Origin: an uncultured Chloroflexia bacterium
GTDB taxonomy: Bacteria > Chloroflexota > Limnocylindria > Limnocylindrales > CSP1-4
DNA length: 64,000 nt
Reading direction: 5' to 3'
NCBI GenBank assembly: GCA_963712745.1
Contig: CAVQJC010000001.1
Coordinates: forward strand, 1-64,000
Position 1 is the stretch's first letter, and each line of letters begins with the position of its first letter. A program made the position numbers and the translations under genes. Below are positions 53,829-64,000 of the stretch, piece by piece. Below the pieces are notes generated by a model. It saw only the letters and a program-made list of their open reading frames with translations, did not search any database and was not told where the DNA came from.

Positions 53829-53931
53829 GTGATTCCCTTCCTCGACCTTCCGGGGCCCTTGCCAGCCCGGTGCGCCGACGCACCACGGCTCCTACATTGT
53901 GTGCGATGCGGCCGGGTTCCGCAGGGCCGTT

Positions 53932-54846
53932 CTAGCTGCCCTTGGGTCGCTTGTCGTCGAAGGTGGTGAACGTTCCGCAGGCCTCGTCCGAGGGAACGAG
54001 GCGCACCTGCTCGAGCTTTCGCTCGTGCGCGGCCAGCAGCCAACGCAGGCACTGCACCTGGCGGGGGATGATCGTGGGCGGCTGGAGCGCGGGCGTGTAG
54101 CGACCGAAGAGCGCCCTCCAGCCACTGTCGCGGCTCTTCAGCACGTAGCCGTCGCGCTGGTCGACGCGCAGCTCGAGGGCCTCGGACTCGCTGCCCAGCA
54201 GCTCCGGGGTGAGGGCCAGCAGCTGGCGCATGATGCTCATGTCCGCCGCCGGCAGGCGCGTACCCACCGTCGGCGGCTCTTCCACGATGCGCCCGTCCTC
54301 GACCACCGGCAGCGCAGCCCTCGCCGCGCCACCCACCGCTGCTGCACTACCCTCGTCGCGGACCTGGCTGCCCGGCCCGGCCCCCATGGCCTCGCCGGGA
54401 GCGAAGAGCATGCCCTCCTCGTCCACGAGCCAGGATTCCTCGAGGTCGCTCCAGATGAAGACCGGGTCGCGCTCGTCGAGTCGGACCGTGACCTCGGCCG
54501 GCAGGCTGACCGTGGCCGAGGCGGCGTCGACCTCGACCAGCTCCGACAGCTCGCTGACGATGTCCGAAGCTCGGACACGGAAGACGTTGGGCCCGCGGTC
54601 GATGTCGGCGAGGTAGGCGCGGACCTGCTCTTCGTCGGCGTGGGCCAGGCCACGGAACGTGACGTTCTCCTCGGTGACCCGGAAACTCTCGTCGGTCAGC
54701 AGCCAGAAGAGCACGGCCGTGAGCGCGATGAGTCCGGCCGCGCCCACCAGCCGCGCCATGGTGGTGTGGCCGCGGGGCGGGCGCGAGGGCGGATTCGAAC
54801 GTGGTGCGATCTGGCCGGCGTCTCTGCCCGGCCGGGCGAAGGTCAC
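53932..54846 (-). CDS. ftsQ: Cell division protein FtsQ/DivIB
   Basis: Single TM + POTRA-like region (VSLPAEVTVRLDER); sits between ddl and ftsA. Confidence 0.8.
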   Translation of the reverse strand: MTFARPGRDAGQIAPRSNPPSRPPRGHTTMARLVGAAGLIALTAVLFWLLTDESFRVTEENVTFRGLAHADEEQVRAYLADIDRGPNVFRVRASDIVSELSELVEVDAASATVSLPAEVTVRLDERDPVFIWSDLEESWLVDEEGMLFAPGEAMGAGPGSQVRDEGSAAAVGGAARAALPVVEDGRIVEEPPTVGTRLPAADMSIMRQLLALTPELLGSESEALELRVDQRDGYVLKSRDSGWRALFGRYTPALQPPTIIPRQVQCLRWLLAAHERKLEQVRLVPSDEACGTFTTFDDKRPKGS

Positions 54847-55973
54847 GGCAAGTCGTCGGGCTCGAGTCGGTGGTCGGGCGCCCACGCCGCGCGCTCGAGG
54901 GCGAGCTCCACGATGCGCTCGCAGGTCGTGGCGAAGTCGTAGCCACCCTGGGCCGTCATGCGCGGAAACAGGCTGATGGGCGTGAAGCCCGGCAGCGTGT
55001 TGATCTCGCTGATGTAGGGGATGCCGTCGCTCGAGAGAAGCATATCCACGCGCGCGAAACCACTGCCGCCGATGACCAGGAAGACCTCCACCGCGGAAGC
55101 CCGGATGGACTCAGCCAGCTCGGCGTCGAGGTCCGCCCGGTCGGTGACCTCGCTGTCGGAGGACTGGTACTTGGCCACGTAGTCGTAGAACTCGCGCCCG
55201 GGCCTGATCTCACCGGGGCCATAGGCCACCGCGTCGAGGCGGCTGTTACCCATGACCGCGGTCTCCAGCTCGCGGGGGTGATCGAGATACGGCTCCACGA
55301 TCACCAGGTCGTCATAGCGCATGGCCTCGGCCAAGGCGCTCCGCAGCGAGCCGCCGGGCGACACGTCGTGCACGATGCTGATGCCGATACTCGAGCCCAG
55401 GCGGGCCGGCTTGACGATGAGCCGTGGGTCGGCGAAGCCCGAGGCGAACTCGCGCAACCCGTCCTCCACCGCGCCAGGATCGGCCTCATGCTCCGCCGCT
55501 CGCACCTCCGCCCACGGCAGCACCGGCAGTTCGAGCGTCGCCACCACACGCTTGAAGAGCGTCTTGTCCATGCCCACGGCCGAGGCCGCGGGGCCCGCGC
55601 CGCAGTAGACCAGTCCGGCCGACTCGAGCAGCGACTGCACCTGGCCGTCCTCACCGAAGGGGCCATGCAGCGCGGGGAACACGACCGGTCGTGGATCGGG
55701 CGCCGCGATGGCCTCGAGCGCCCCGGCTGCGCTGAAGGGTCCCTCGGCGCCCAGCGCGCCCGGGTCGCGGAAGGCCTGCAGCGGCAGCGCCGGATCGAGT
55801 GCCGGCTCCGGCAGCCGCCACCACTCGCCGGCCAGCGTGAGCAGCCAGCCGCTCACCTCGTGACCGCGCCCCGCCAGGGCCGTGGCGATGGCGCGGCCCG
55901 AGACGAGCGAGACGTCGTGCTCGGCCGAGGGGCCTCCCAGCAGGACGGCGATGGCGGTGGGAGCCAGGGTCAT
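54843..55973 (-). CDS. ddl: D-alanine--D-alanine ligase
   Basis: GGPSAEHDVS, LHGPFGEDG, GSSIG, EINTLPGFT. Confidence 0.95.
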   Translation of the reverse strand: MTLAPTAIAVLLGGPSAEHDVSLVSGRAIATALAGRGHEVSGWLLTLAGEWWRLPEPALDPALPLQAFRDPGALGAEGPFSAAGALEAIAAPDPRPVVFPALHGPFGEDGQVQSLLESAGLVYCGAGPAASAVGMDKTLFKRVVATLELPVLPWAEVRAAEHEADPGAVEDGLREFASGFADPRLIVKPARLGSSIGISIVHDVSPGGSLRSALAEAMRYDDLVIVEPYLDHPRELETAVMGNSRLDAVAYGPGEIRPGREFYDYVAKYQSSDSEVTDRADLDAELAESIRASAVEVFLVIGGSGFARVDMLLSSDGIPYISEINTLPGFTPISLFPRMTAQGGYDFATTCERIVELALERAAWAPDHRLEPDDLP

Positions 55974-56004
55974 GTGGCGGTCCCGCTGCAGCGCTCGATG
56001 GTGG

Positions 56005-56964
56005 TCATGTCCCCTCCTCTGCGTCCCAGTCGCCCACGAACTCGACCTCGTAGGCCAGCTCGACGCCGCGCTCGCGGAGCACCGTCTCGCGCACGATCTC
56101 GGCCAGTCTGCGAACGTCGGCGGCCGTGGCGCCGCCGCTGTTGACGATGAAGTTGGCGTGCTTGGGGCTCACCACCGCGCCGCCGAGGCGCCGGTCCTTG
56201 AGGCCCAGCTCGTCGATGATGCGCCCGGCCGAGTCCCCCTCGGGGTTGCGGAACACGCTGCCGGCCGACTTCTGGCCGATGGGCTGGTGGTCCTGTCGCC
56301 AGCGCCGGATGTCGTCGAGCCGTTCGGCGATGGTAGCGGAGTCGGCGGGCTCGAGCGCGAAGGTAGCCTGCAGCACGACGTCGGGCCGGCCGGGTGCGCT
56401 GTGCTTGAGGCGGCTCTCGCGATAGGCCATGCCCAGATCGTCCGGCCCCAGCGCCCGCTCCGCGCCCTCAGCGTCCACCACGACAGCCTCGAGCAGCACT
56501 CCCTGCACGTCGGACCCGTGAGCGCCGGCGTTGGCCCACACGGCGCCGCCGACGGTCCCCGGGATGGCCAGCCCGAACTCGAGCCCGGATAGTCCGGCCG
56601 ACTTGCTGGCGGTGGCCGCCTTGGCCATGGGCAGGCCGGCCTCGGCCACCAGGCGTTCGCCCTCCAGACGATGCCCGGCTGCGCGCACGAGCACGACCAG
56701 GCCGCCGATGCCGCGGTCGCTGATGACGAGGTCGGAGCCACGGCCGATGAGGAAGAGCGGGATGTCCCGCGCACGGGCGAAACGCACCAGCCCGCGCAGC
56801 TCGAACAGGTTGCGCACTTCCGCGAAGAGGTCGGCCGGGCCGCCCACGCGCATGGTCGAGAAACGTTCGAGTGGCTCGTCACGCGTGGTTTTGATTCCCA
56901 GCCGGCGCTGGATATCGCCACCCAGCCGGGTCTGCTGGTCCGGGGTCAGGCGTGACGCGCTCAC
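56005..56964 (-). CDS. murB: UDP-N-acetylmuramate dehydrogenase
   Basis: RVGGPAD, IPGTVGGA..NAGA, SAGSVFRNP, KHANF. Confidence 0.95.
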   Translation of the reverse strand: MSASRLTPDQQTRLGGDIQRRLGIKTTRDEPLERFSTMRVGGPADLFAEVRNLFELRGLVRFARARDIPLFLIGRGSDLVISDRGIGGLVVLVRAAGHRLEGERLVAEAGLPMAKAATASKSAGLSGLEFGLAIPGTVGGAVWANAGAHGSDVQGVLLEAVVVDAEGAERALGPDDLGMAYRESRLKHSAPGRPDVVLQATFALEPADSATIAERLDDIRRWRQDHQPIGQKSAGSVFRNPEGDSAGRIIDELGLKDRRLGGAVVSPKHANFIVNSGGATAADVRRLAEIVRETVLRERGVELAYEVEFVGDWDAEEGT

Positions 56965-58103
56965 GATGCCGGCCGGATGAGCTCGTCCAGCTCCTCCTGC
57001 GCGGGCAGCGGCTCCCGCCGGGCCAGGCGCACGAGCAGTTCCGCGCTGGCGGCCGCGGCCCCGGGGCGGCCGACCGAGCGGGCGGCCGCCGACATGGCTG
57101 CCAGCCGTCCCTCGTCGTAGAGCAGGTCGCAGGCAGCACGCAGCGTGTCGCCGTCGAGCTCCTCGTCGTCGACCAGGGCGGCCGCACCGACGCCCACCAT
57201 CTCGGCCGCGTTGGCCCGCTGGTGGGCGGCCGCATGCGGGTAGGGCACGACCATCATGGGCACGCCGGCCGCGGCCGTCTCGCCCAGGGTCGAGGAGCCG
57301 GCACGACCGACCACCAGCTGCGACGCGGCCAGGGCAGCATCCATGTCGTCGGCCAGGAACGAGTAGGGCCGGTAGCGCTCGAGGCGCTCCCGGGGCAGCT
57401 CCGAGCGGATCTGCCCGGCGGCCGCGATCCCGCCGCTGCCGGTGATATGCACGACCGTACAGCGCTCGACGAGATCGGCGATGGCCTCGGCCACCGCCTC
57501 GTTGAGCCGCTTGACTTCCTGGGAGCCGCCGAAGACGAGCATGACCGGTACATCGAGCGGCAGTCCCAGCCGAGCCCGGCCTGCGGCACGATCGAGGCCG
57601 CCAAGCCCACGGATGGGCGTGCCCGTGACGAAGACCGGGGCCGGCAGCCGCTTGCTCGTGACCGGGAAGGTCACGCTACGGGCAGTGGCCAGGCGTGCCG
57701 AGAGGCGCACGCTACGCCCGGGGATGGCGTTGCCCTCCCAGATGAGTGAGGGGATGCGCAGGAGCGCCGCTGCCGCCAGCACCGGGATGGCCACATAGCC
57801 GCCGGTGGTGTAGATGACGGCCGGACGCCAGCGCCTGAGCCGGGCGAGGGCCTGGGGCACGGAGGCGGCCAGCCGCAGTGGGTCGAGGATGGTGTCGAGG
57901 GAGGCGTCCACCGTGCGCAGGGAGCGCAGTCGGAGACGATCGAACTCGAGTCCCGCGGCGGGCACGATGTCGCCCTCCAGGCCTCGGCGGCCGCCGAGCC
58001 AGCGCAGCTCCAGCTCAGGCAGGCGGTTCTGCAGCTGGGTCACGACGGCCAGGGCGGGGTAGATGTGGCCGCCCGTGCCCCCGGCTGCGATGAGGATCCT
58101 CAT
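56961..58103 (-). CDS. murG: Lipid II GlcNAc transferase
   Basis: AGGTGGHIYPA, GGY, GGSQ, RAG, HQRANA. Confidence 0.95.
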   Translation of the reverse strand: MRILIAAGGTGGHIYPALAVVTQLQNRLPELELRWLGGRRGLEGDIVPAAGLEFDRLRLRSLRTVDASLDTILDPLRLAASVPQALARLRRWRPAVIYTTGGYVAIPVLAAAALLRIPSLIWEGNAIPGRSVRLSARLATARSVTFPVTSKRLPAPVFVTGTPIRGLGGLDRAAGRARLGLPLDVPVMLVFGGSQEVKRLNEAVAEAIADLVERCTVVHITGSGGIAAAGQIRSELPRERLERYRPYSFLADDMDAALAASQLVVGRAGSSTLGETAAAGVPMMVVPYPHAAAHQRANAAEMVGVGAAALVDDEELDGDTLRAACDLLYDEGRLAAMSAAARSVGRPGAAAASAELLVRLARREPLPAQEELDELIRPAS

Positions 58104-59514
58104 GCGCGCTGGCACCTCGGGTTTCGGTCTCTCGGGAGATGGACAGAAGGATACCTACGGCGGCCAGAACGACCACCAGCGAGGTGCCGCCATCGCTGAG
58201 GAACGGCAGGGGCATGCCGGTCAGCGGCAGGAGGTTGACGACCACGCCGATGTTGATGAAGGCCTGGAACGTGAGCCAGCCGGTGATGCCGAGTGCGAGC
58301 AGCCCGCCGAAGGTGTCGGGCGCGTGCATGGCCACGCGGATGCCCCGCCAGGCCAGCAGCAGGAAGAGCGCGATGACGGTGAAACCGCCGATGAAGCCGA
58401 ACTCCTGTCCGACCACGGCGAAGATGAAGTCGTTCTCCGCCGCGGGCAGTCTCAGCCCGTTGGGTTGCTGGCTGACGCCGAGGCCCTGACCGGTGACGCC
58501 GCCCAGAGCCAGCGCGTACAGCCCGTGGACCGTCTGGAAGCCATCGCCGGCGGGATCGCTGAACGGGTCGAGGAAGGTCTCCACCCGAGCGAGCATGTAC
58601 GGCTTCGCCTGGACCACCGCGGCCACGCCGGCAAGCGCGACCGGCACCATCAGCAGCAGTTGCAGGACGCTGCCTCCGGCCACGAAGAACATGGTGAAGG
58701 TCGTGAGCACGACCACGCCGGTGGTACCCAGGTCGGGCTCCATCAGCATGAGTCCGGCGAACACCGCCACCATCAGGCTGAAGGGCACGAGCCCGCCCCG
58801 GAAGCTGCCTACGCTCTTGCCGCGCGAGGTCAGCCAATGGGCCATGAAGATGACGATGGCGAGCTTGGCCACCTCCGTCGGCTGGAACCTGGGCAGCCCG
58901 CCGATCTCGAGCCAGCGGGTGGCCCCGTTGACGGTGACGGGCTTGAGCAGCGGCGGGATGCTGGGCCCGATGACGAGCAGGAGCAGGACCACGGCCACGA
59001 CGATGCCCAGCACCGAGAACGAACGCCAGTAGCGGTAGTCGATGCGCATGACGACGAGCAGGACGATGCCGCCCAGGAGACCCCAGCCCAACTGCGTCGT
59101 GACCGCGTCGAAGACGCTGCCGTCGATGGCCGACTTCACGCCCAGGCTGGAGTAGACCATGAGGATGCCGATGGCCGCCAGCGCCACGGCGGCCGCCATG
59201 AGCAGGTAGTCGGGGTCGTGGCGCACGCGCTGGGGGCCCTCGACCACGCGCCCGGCGGTACGGTCGCGCGCCACCTCACGGGAGGCATGGCCGGCGGTGC
59301 GGACGCCACCGCGCGGGATCGACCGGGTCAGCGACTCGGCTGCGCTGGCGCGCAGGGTGATGGGACGTCGGCCGCGGTTGGCCTCGCGCCGTGAGAACGA
59401 CTCCGTCGCCTGCGATCGCAGGCTCGTCCTGCGGCCCTTGCGTGGCCGGAACGCGCTGGGCGCGACCTCGCGCCGACGGTCGTCGTCCTCCCAGGGAAAG
59501 CGGAGGGCTTCCAT
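58015..59514 (-). CDS. ftsW: Peptidoglycan polymerase FtsW with long basic N-terminal extension
   Basis: NGATRWL, FQPTEVAK, EPDLGT, DFIFAV, TGMPLPF. Confidence 0.93.
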   Translation of the reverse strand: MEALRFPWEDDDRRREVAPSAFRPRKGRRTSLRSQATESFSRREANRGRRPITLRASAAESLTRSIPRGGVRTAGHASREVARDRTAGRVVEGPQRVRHDPDYLLMAAAVALAAIGILMVYSSLGVKSAIDGSVFDAVTTQLGWGLLGGIVLLVVMRIDYRYWRSFSVLGIVVAVVLLLLVIGPSIPPLLKPVTVNGATRWLEIGGLPRFQPTEVAKLAIVIFMAHWLTSRGKSVGSFRGGLVPFSLMVAVFAGLMLMEPDLGTTGVVVLTTFTMFFVAGGSVLQLLLMVPVALAGVAAVVQAKPYMLARVETFLDPFSDPAGDGFQTVHGLYALALGGVTGQGLGVSQQPNGLRLPAAENDFIFAVVGQEFGFIGGFTVIALFLLLAWRGIRVAMHAPDTFGGLLALGITGWLTFQAFINIGVVVNLLPLTGMPLPFLSDGGTSLVVVLAAVGILLSISRETETRGASAHEDPHRSRGHGRPHLPRPGRRDPAAEPPA

Positions 59515-60983
59515 CAGCGGTCCACCTTCGGGCCGGCGATGGCGGCCACGGCGGCCTTGAAGGCGGCGCCGCGCGCCTCATAGTCGCGGAACATGTCGAA
59601 GGAGGCAGCCGCAGGGCTAAGCAGGACCGTGGCCGGCGTGCGCTCGCGGGCGATGACGGTGGCGGCTGCGACCGCGTCTTCCAGGCTGGCCGCTCGCTCG
59701 ATGCGATGGAGCCCGGCCCGGGCGAAGGCATCGGCCAGCTCATCGGCCGTCTCGCCCATGAGCACGGCCGCACTCACGCGCTCGGCCACGGCCTCCGCCA
59801 GCGCGACGACCGGCACACCCTTGGAGCGCCCGCCGGCGATGAGCACGAGCGGCTGCTCGAAGGCCCGCACGGCCGCGATGACGGCGTCTGGCTGCGTGCC
59901 CTGTGAGTCATTGATGTAGGTCACGCCGGCGAACTCGGCCACCCGCTCCAACCGGTGCTCTACGCCCGCGAATCCCCGCACGGCATCGGCGATGGCCCGC
60001 GGGGACACGCCGTGCAGCAGCCCCACCGCGGTCGCGGCCAGGACGTTGGAGACGTTGTGCCCGCCCGGCAGCGGGATCTCGGCGAGCGGCAGGATGCGCG
60101 GGTCTCGCCCGGCCGGGACGAGATCGGTGGCAGCCACGATCCAGCCGTCAGCGACCCCCACGCTGGAGGGCACCGGTGGGCTCTGCGCGTAGCTGACCGT
60201 GCCAGCGCCGGCCGGAGGTCGATACGTGGAGACTACCGGGTCGTCGTCATTGCGCACGAGCGTGCCGCGCGCCGGCAGCAGGTCGGCCAGGCGCCGCTTG
60301 ACCGCCTGGTACGCCTCGAGACTGCCGTGGCGGTCGAGATGGTCGGAAGTGACGTGGGTGTAGACCGCGATGTCCGTGCCTCGGGAAAGGGTGGGCAGTT
60401 GCAGCTCGGAGAGCTCGAGCACGACGCGATGGGCGGGCGTGAGCTCTGGCAGCCGCTCGATGAGCGGGACGCCGATGTTGCCCCCCAGGACGGTCGGCGC
60501 CTCGCCTGTGGCCAGCACCGCCGCGGTCAACGAACTGGTGGTGGTCTTGCCCTTGGTGCCGGTGACGCCGATGGTTGCCGCCGGACTCAGGCGCAGGAAG
60601 AGGTCGACCTCGCTGAGGACAGGCGTGGCGCCGGTGGCCTCCACCTCCGCCAGTGCCGCCCGCAGCCGCGGCTCCGTCGTGGGGTAGCGGCTGCTGACCG
60701 AGGGGGAGGTGCAGACCAGGGCCTGGCCTTCGAGAGCCGCTCGCGGATCCACCTGAGGTCCCAGCAGCAGGCGTGGCCGGCGCTCGCCCAGGGCCTCGAT
60801 GGCGGCGGCCAGCTCCTCGGCCGGTCGGCCGTCGTAGACGGTCACATGGGCACCATGGTCGGACAGGAATCGCGTGAGCGCGATGCCGCTGCGGGCCAGG
60901 CCCAGCACGGCCACCGGCCGGCCACGGAAGGAGCCAAGGCGGAGGGCCCCCAGGTCGATGGCAGACGCCGGCGGGTTCGCCAT
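59514..60983 (-). CDS. murD: UDP-MurNAc-L-Ala--D-Glu ligase
   Basis: GLARSG, GVTGTKGKTTT, GGNIG, DHLDRH, EHRLE, SPAAASFD. Confidence 0.95.
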   Translation of the reverse strand: MANPPASAIDLGALRLGSFRGRPVAVLGLARSGIALTRFLSDHGAHVTVYDGRPAEELAAAIEALGERRPRLLLGPQVDPRAALEGQALVCTSPSVSSRYPTTEPRLRAALAEVEATGATPVLSEVDLFLRLSPAATIGVTGTKGKTTTSSLTAAVLATGEAPTVLGGNIGVPLIERLPELTPAHRVVLELSELQLPTLSRGTDIAVYTHVTSDHLDRHGSLEAYQAVKRRLADLLPARGTLVRNDDDPVVSTYRPPAGAGTVSYAQSPPVPSSVGVADGWIVAATDLVPAGRDPRILPLAEIPLPGGHNVSNVLAATAVGLLHGVSPRAIADAVRGFAGVEHRLERVAEFAGVTYINDSQGTQPDAVIAAVRAFEQPLVLIAGGRSKGVPVVALAEAVAERVSAAVLMGETADELADAFARAGLHRIERAASLEDAVAAATVIARERTPATVLLSPAAASFDMFRDYEARGAAFKAAVAAIAGPKVDR

Positions 60984-60988
60984 GAGGG

Positions 60989-61979
60989 TCAATTGAGCAG
61001 TCCGGCGGTGGCCATGTAGAAGGCCACACCGACCAGCGCCGCCAGCGCGCCAACGATCCAGAAGCGAAGGGTCGATCTTCTCCTCATCCCAGCCGGTCAG
61101 CTCGAAGTGGTGATGCAGGGGCGACATCTTGAAGAGCCGCTTGCCCCGCAGCTTGACCGAGGCCACCTGCAGGATGACCGAGCCGGTCTCGAGCACGAAG
61201 ACGATGCCGATGAGCGGCAGCAGCAGGACCTGGCCGGTGATGACGGCGGTGACCGCCAGCGTGGCCCCGAGGGCCAGCGAGCCGGAGTCGCCCATGAAGA
61301 TCTGGGCGGGATGGACGTTGAACCAGAGGAACGCGAGGAGGGCCCCCACGATGAGGGCGCACAGGACTGCCAGGTTGATGGTGCCGAAGGTGAAGGCGAT
61401 GACCATGTAGCCGATGAAGGCGAAGATCAGCGTGCCTCCGGCCAGGCCGTCGAGGCCGTCGGTGATGTTGACCGCGTTGCTGGTGGCCACGATGGCGAAG
61501 GCGGCGATGAGGATGAAGGCGATGGGGTGGATGCCGACGGCGCCGATGAAGGGCACGGCCAGCTGGTCGATCTGGTAGGTGTCCTGGATCTGCCACGCGG
61601 CCACGCCCGCCACGACCGTCTGCCACAGCAGCTTCTGGACGGCGCTGATGCCATCGCCGGTGCGGGCGTTGAGCCAGTCGTCGGCGGTGCCCAGGATGCC
61701 CACCAAGGCCAGCGTGGCCATGGGTGCGAAGGTGTTGGCGTCCACGAACCCTTCGCCCAGCAGCTCCATCAGCAGGGCCACGCCGAGCACCACGCTCACG
61801 ATGAGCAATCCACCCATGGTGGGTGTGCCTTCCTTGACGTAGTGCGTCTCCGGCCCCTCCAGCCGGATGCGCTTGCCCATGCCGATGCGCTTGAGCAAGC
61901 GGATGAAGGCCGGCATCAGCACGACCAGCACGGCGAACGCCAGCAGGATGGCCTGGACGATGGTGTCGCCGCCACTCAT
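60989..61979 (-). CDS. mraY: Phospho-MurNAc-pentapeptide transferase (frameshift near 61075)
   Basis: KEGTPTMGG, NAVNITDGLDGL, FMGDSGS, PLHHHFE; tail RFWIVG...LLN-stop is in another frame. Confidence 0.93.
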
Positions 61980-63421
61980 GAGCGGGCGTCGCCGGCTTCG
62001 GCCACGAGTACGAGGCGGTCGACGAGTAGGTCGAGCTCGGCTCCGCGAGAGGCCTTGACCAGCACCGCGTCGCCGTCGCGCAGCTCGGCCAGCAGGGCCG
62101 ACAACGCCTCGTCGCGGTCGGCCGCGACGCGGATGTGCGACGCATCCATGCCGCGCGCCGCGGCGCCGTCTGCGATGCCGCGCGCTCCTTCACCCACCAC
62201 CACCAGCCGGTCGGCCACCTCCGCCGCGTGCTCTCCGACTCGAACGTGCTCGGCCGCGGCGCTCCCGCCCAGCTCGAGCATCTCGCCGAGCACGGCGATA
62301 CGCCGCCCCGGCAGCTCTGCGAGGAGGCCCAGAGCTGCCAGGACAGCGTCGGGAGATGCGTTGTAGGAATCATCGAGGATAGTCCAGGCACCGGCCCGAA
62401 CCAGCTGCGAGCGGTGAGGCATCACGAGAGGCTTGGCCAGGCCGGGCACGACCTTGTCGATGTCCATGCCCGCACAGTGGGCCACGGCGGCCGCTGCCAG
62501 CGCGTTGTGGACGCCGTGTCGGCCCAGCACAGGCGTGCGGACGGCTCGGGTCCCGGCCGGAGTGTGGAGCGTGAAGCGCATGCCCGCGGTCCCCAGCGAA
62601 ACGACCTCGGAGGCGCGCACGTCGGCATCGGCGTCGAACCCGTAGCTCAGGACGCCGGCCCGGGTATGGCTGGCCATGGCTGCCACTCGTGGGTCGTCGG
62701 CGTTAAGGATGGCCCAGCCGTGGGCCGGGAGCGCTTCCACAAGCTCGCGCTTGCCGGCTTCGATGGCCTCGATGGAGCCGGCACGAGATAGATGCACGCC
62801 ACGCACGGCCGTGACCACGCCGATCTGCGGCCGCGCCAGTCGCGCCAGGAGGGCGATCTCGCCGGTGGTGTAGAGGCCCATCTCCAGGACCGCCAGCTCA
62901 TGCTCGGGCCGCAGCCGGAGTAGGGTCATGGGCAGCCCGATCTCATTGTTCCAGTTGGCCGGATTCCGCAGGACCGTGAAGGCCTCCTCGAGCACCTCGG
63001 CCACCTGCTCCTTGGTCGACGTCTTGGCCAGCGAGCCGGTGATGCCCACCACGAGCGGGTCGAAACGGTCGCGGTAGCTCCCGGCCACGCTCCGCAGCGC
63101 GACGGCAGCGTCGGCCACACGCACGACCGTGACCGGGCCCGCGGCCGTCAGCGACTCCAGGCGCCCTTGCGCAAGATCCCGGGTCACGACCAGGCCGCGC
63201 GCGCCCGCTTCCACCGCCGCTTCGAGGTGGCGGTGCCCGTCCGTGCGCTCGCCCGGCAGAGCGAAGAAGATGTTGCCCTCGACCACCAGGCGCGAGTCCA
63301 CCGCGCCACCGTGCATGGGCCTGCTCCCCGCGCGGACCAGATCGCCCTTCGCGGCGGCGGCCAGTCCCGGGGCATCGAATCTCGTCGCGGCGTCGGTCAT
63401 CGACGCCGCGTTCGCTGGCAT
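61976..63421 (-). CDS. murF: UDP-MurNAc-tripeptide--D-Ala-D-Ala ligase
   Basis: VDSR, DGH, GITGSLAKTSTKE, NNEIGLP, DDSYNASP, LGEMLELG, VKASRG. Confidence 0.95.
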   Translation of the reverse strand: MPANAASMTDAATRFDAPGLAAAAKGDLVRAGSRPMHGGAVDSRLVVEGNIFFALPGERTDGHRHLEAAVEAGARGLVVTRDLAQGRLESLTAAGPVTVVRVADAAVALRSVAGSYRDRFDPLVVGITGSLAKTSTKEQVAEVLEEAFTVLRNPANWNNEIGLPMTLLRLRPEHELAVLEMGLYTTGEIALLARLARPQIGVVTAVRGVHLSRAGSIEAIEAGKRELVEALPAHGWAILNADDPRVAAMASHTRAGVLSYGFDADADVRASEVVSLGTAGMRFTLHTPAGTRAVRTPVLGRHGVHNALAAAAVAHCAGMDIDKVVPGLAKPLVMPHRSQLVRAGAWTILDDSYNASPDAVLAALGLLAELPGRRIAVLGEMLELGGSAAAEHVRVGEHAAEVADRLVVVGEGARGIADGAAARGMDASHIRVAADRDEALSALLAELRDGDAVLVKASRGAELDLLVDRLVLVAEAGDARS

Positions 63422-63462
63422 GTGCTTCGGCCCTTCACCCACGGAGGCCCATCCTGACACAG

Positions 63463-64000
63463 CTAGGTGCCCAGCCCACGGGTGGCCCGGTCGGGCTTGC
63501 CCCGCTTCTGGGCGGACGTGCCGGCGTCCCGGCCTCGCTCGGCCTTTCTCTCGGACTTGACCTTGTCGCCTTGAGCCTTCCTGCCATTCTCGGCCGACTG
63601 CTTCCTGTCCTCGGTCGACTGGCCCTTGGCCCTGGACTTCGCCTTGGCCTTCTGGAGAGCGGCCTTGTAGCTGCTTCCGCCCAAGGCCCTGGCCGCGTCG
63701 GTGCCGGGGAGCGGCCGGCCTGCGAGGGGATCCTTCGACTTCTTCATGTCGAGGTGCTTGATGGAGGCACGGGCAATCATCTGGAACAGCTCGTATGACT
63801 CGATACGAAGCGGGATGACGCCCTGCTCGATCATGTCCGGGACGGGCTCTTCGAGACGCACTGCGATGACGATCTCCTGCTGCCTCCCGCCTGCGAAACC
63901 GATGAAGCTGTGGTTGAAGCGCTTCTCCTTCCACCTGGCCTTGTCCACGTCCCAGATCTGGGCCGTGCCGGTCTTGCCGCCGATGGTGTAGCCGGGGATG
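63463..64000 (-). CDS. ftsI: Class B penicillin-binding protein (FtsI-like), 3' part; runs off the window
   Basis: IPGYTIGGKTGTAQ, SFIGF; first gene seen in the dcw cluster. Confidence 0.85.
   Translation of the reverse strand, partial: IPGYTIGGKTGTAQIWDVDKARWKEKRFNHSFIGFAGGRQQEIVIAVRLEEPVPDMIEQGVIPLRIESYELFQMIARASIKHLDMKKSKDPLAGRPLPGTDAARALGGSSYKAALQKAKAKSRAKGQSTEDRKQSAENGRKAQGDKVKSERKAERGRDAGTSAQKRGKPDRATRGLGT

Noticed and set aside
59514-61979. Apparent 821-aa MraY-MurD fusion
   Set aside because: The true MraY tail (RFWIVG..LLN-stop at 60989) is in another frame and MurD has its own ATG at 60983; a single indel near 61075 explains the fusion.

Overview
High-GC bacterial chromosome segment. 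Gene content and a GAAC-N4-GTTC SOS box suggest Chloroflexota or another Terrabacteria lineage (inference only). Many single-base frameshifts, some in essential genes, look like long-read indel errors. (1) ~1-8.9 kb: the right part of an integrated replicative element with a RHH regulator, SSB-like protein, Prim-Pol primase plus AAA_25 helicase, iteron-like repeats, PD-(D/E)XK exonuclease, VRR-NUC nuclease and a large serine integrase. It appears to have inserted into a stand-alone ssb gene. At its left are two copies of a ~115-bp LexA-box plus structured repeat and two paralogous HTH-like genes. (2) 9.4-16.7 kb: hydrolase and membrane genes, rsmI, nitrilase+nadE and a vapBC pair. (3) 16.9-32.3 kb: two convergent peptide ABC operons and a third binding protein; the first binding protein looks circularly permuted. 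(4) 32-44.5 kb: gcvT-H-PA-PB, NUDIX, DUF2520, acnA, PQQ sugar dehydrogenase, META protein, adenosine deaminase. (5) 44.5-49.4 kb: secreted proteins sharing an unnamed domain, next to tRNA-Val(CAC). (6) 49.5-64 kb: dcw cluster (ftsI'-murF-mraY-murD-ftsW-murG-murB-ddl-ftsQ-ftsA-ftsZ-yggS-yggT-yggU) with two repeat arrays between ftsA and ftsZ.
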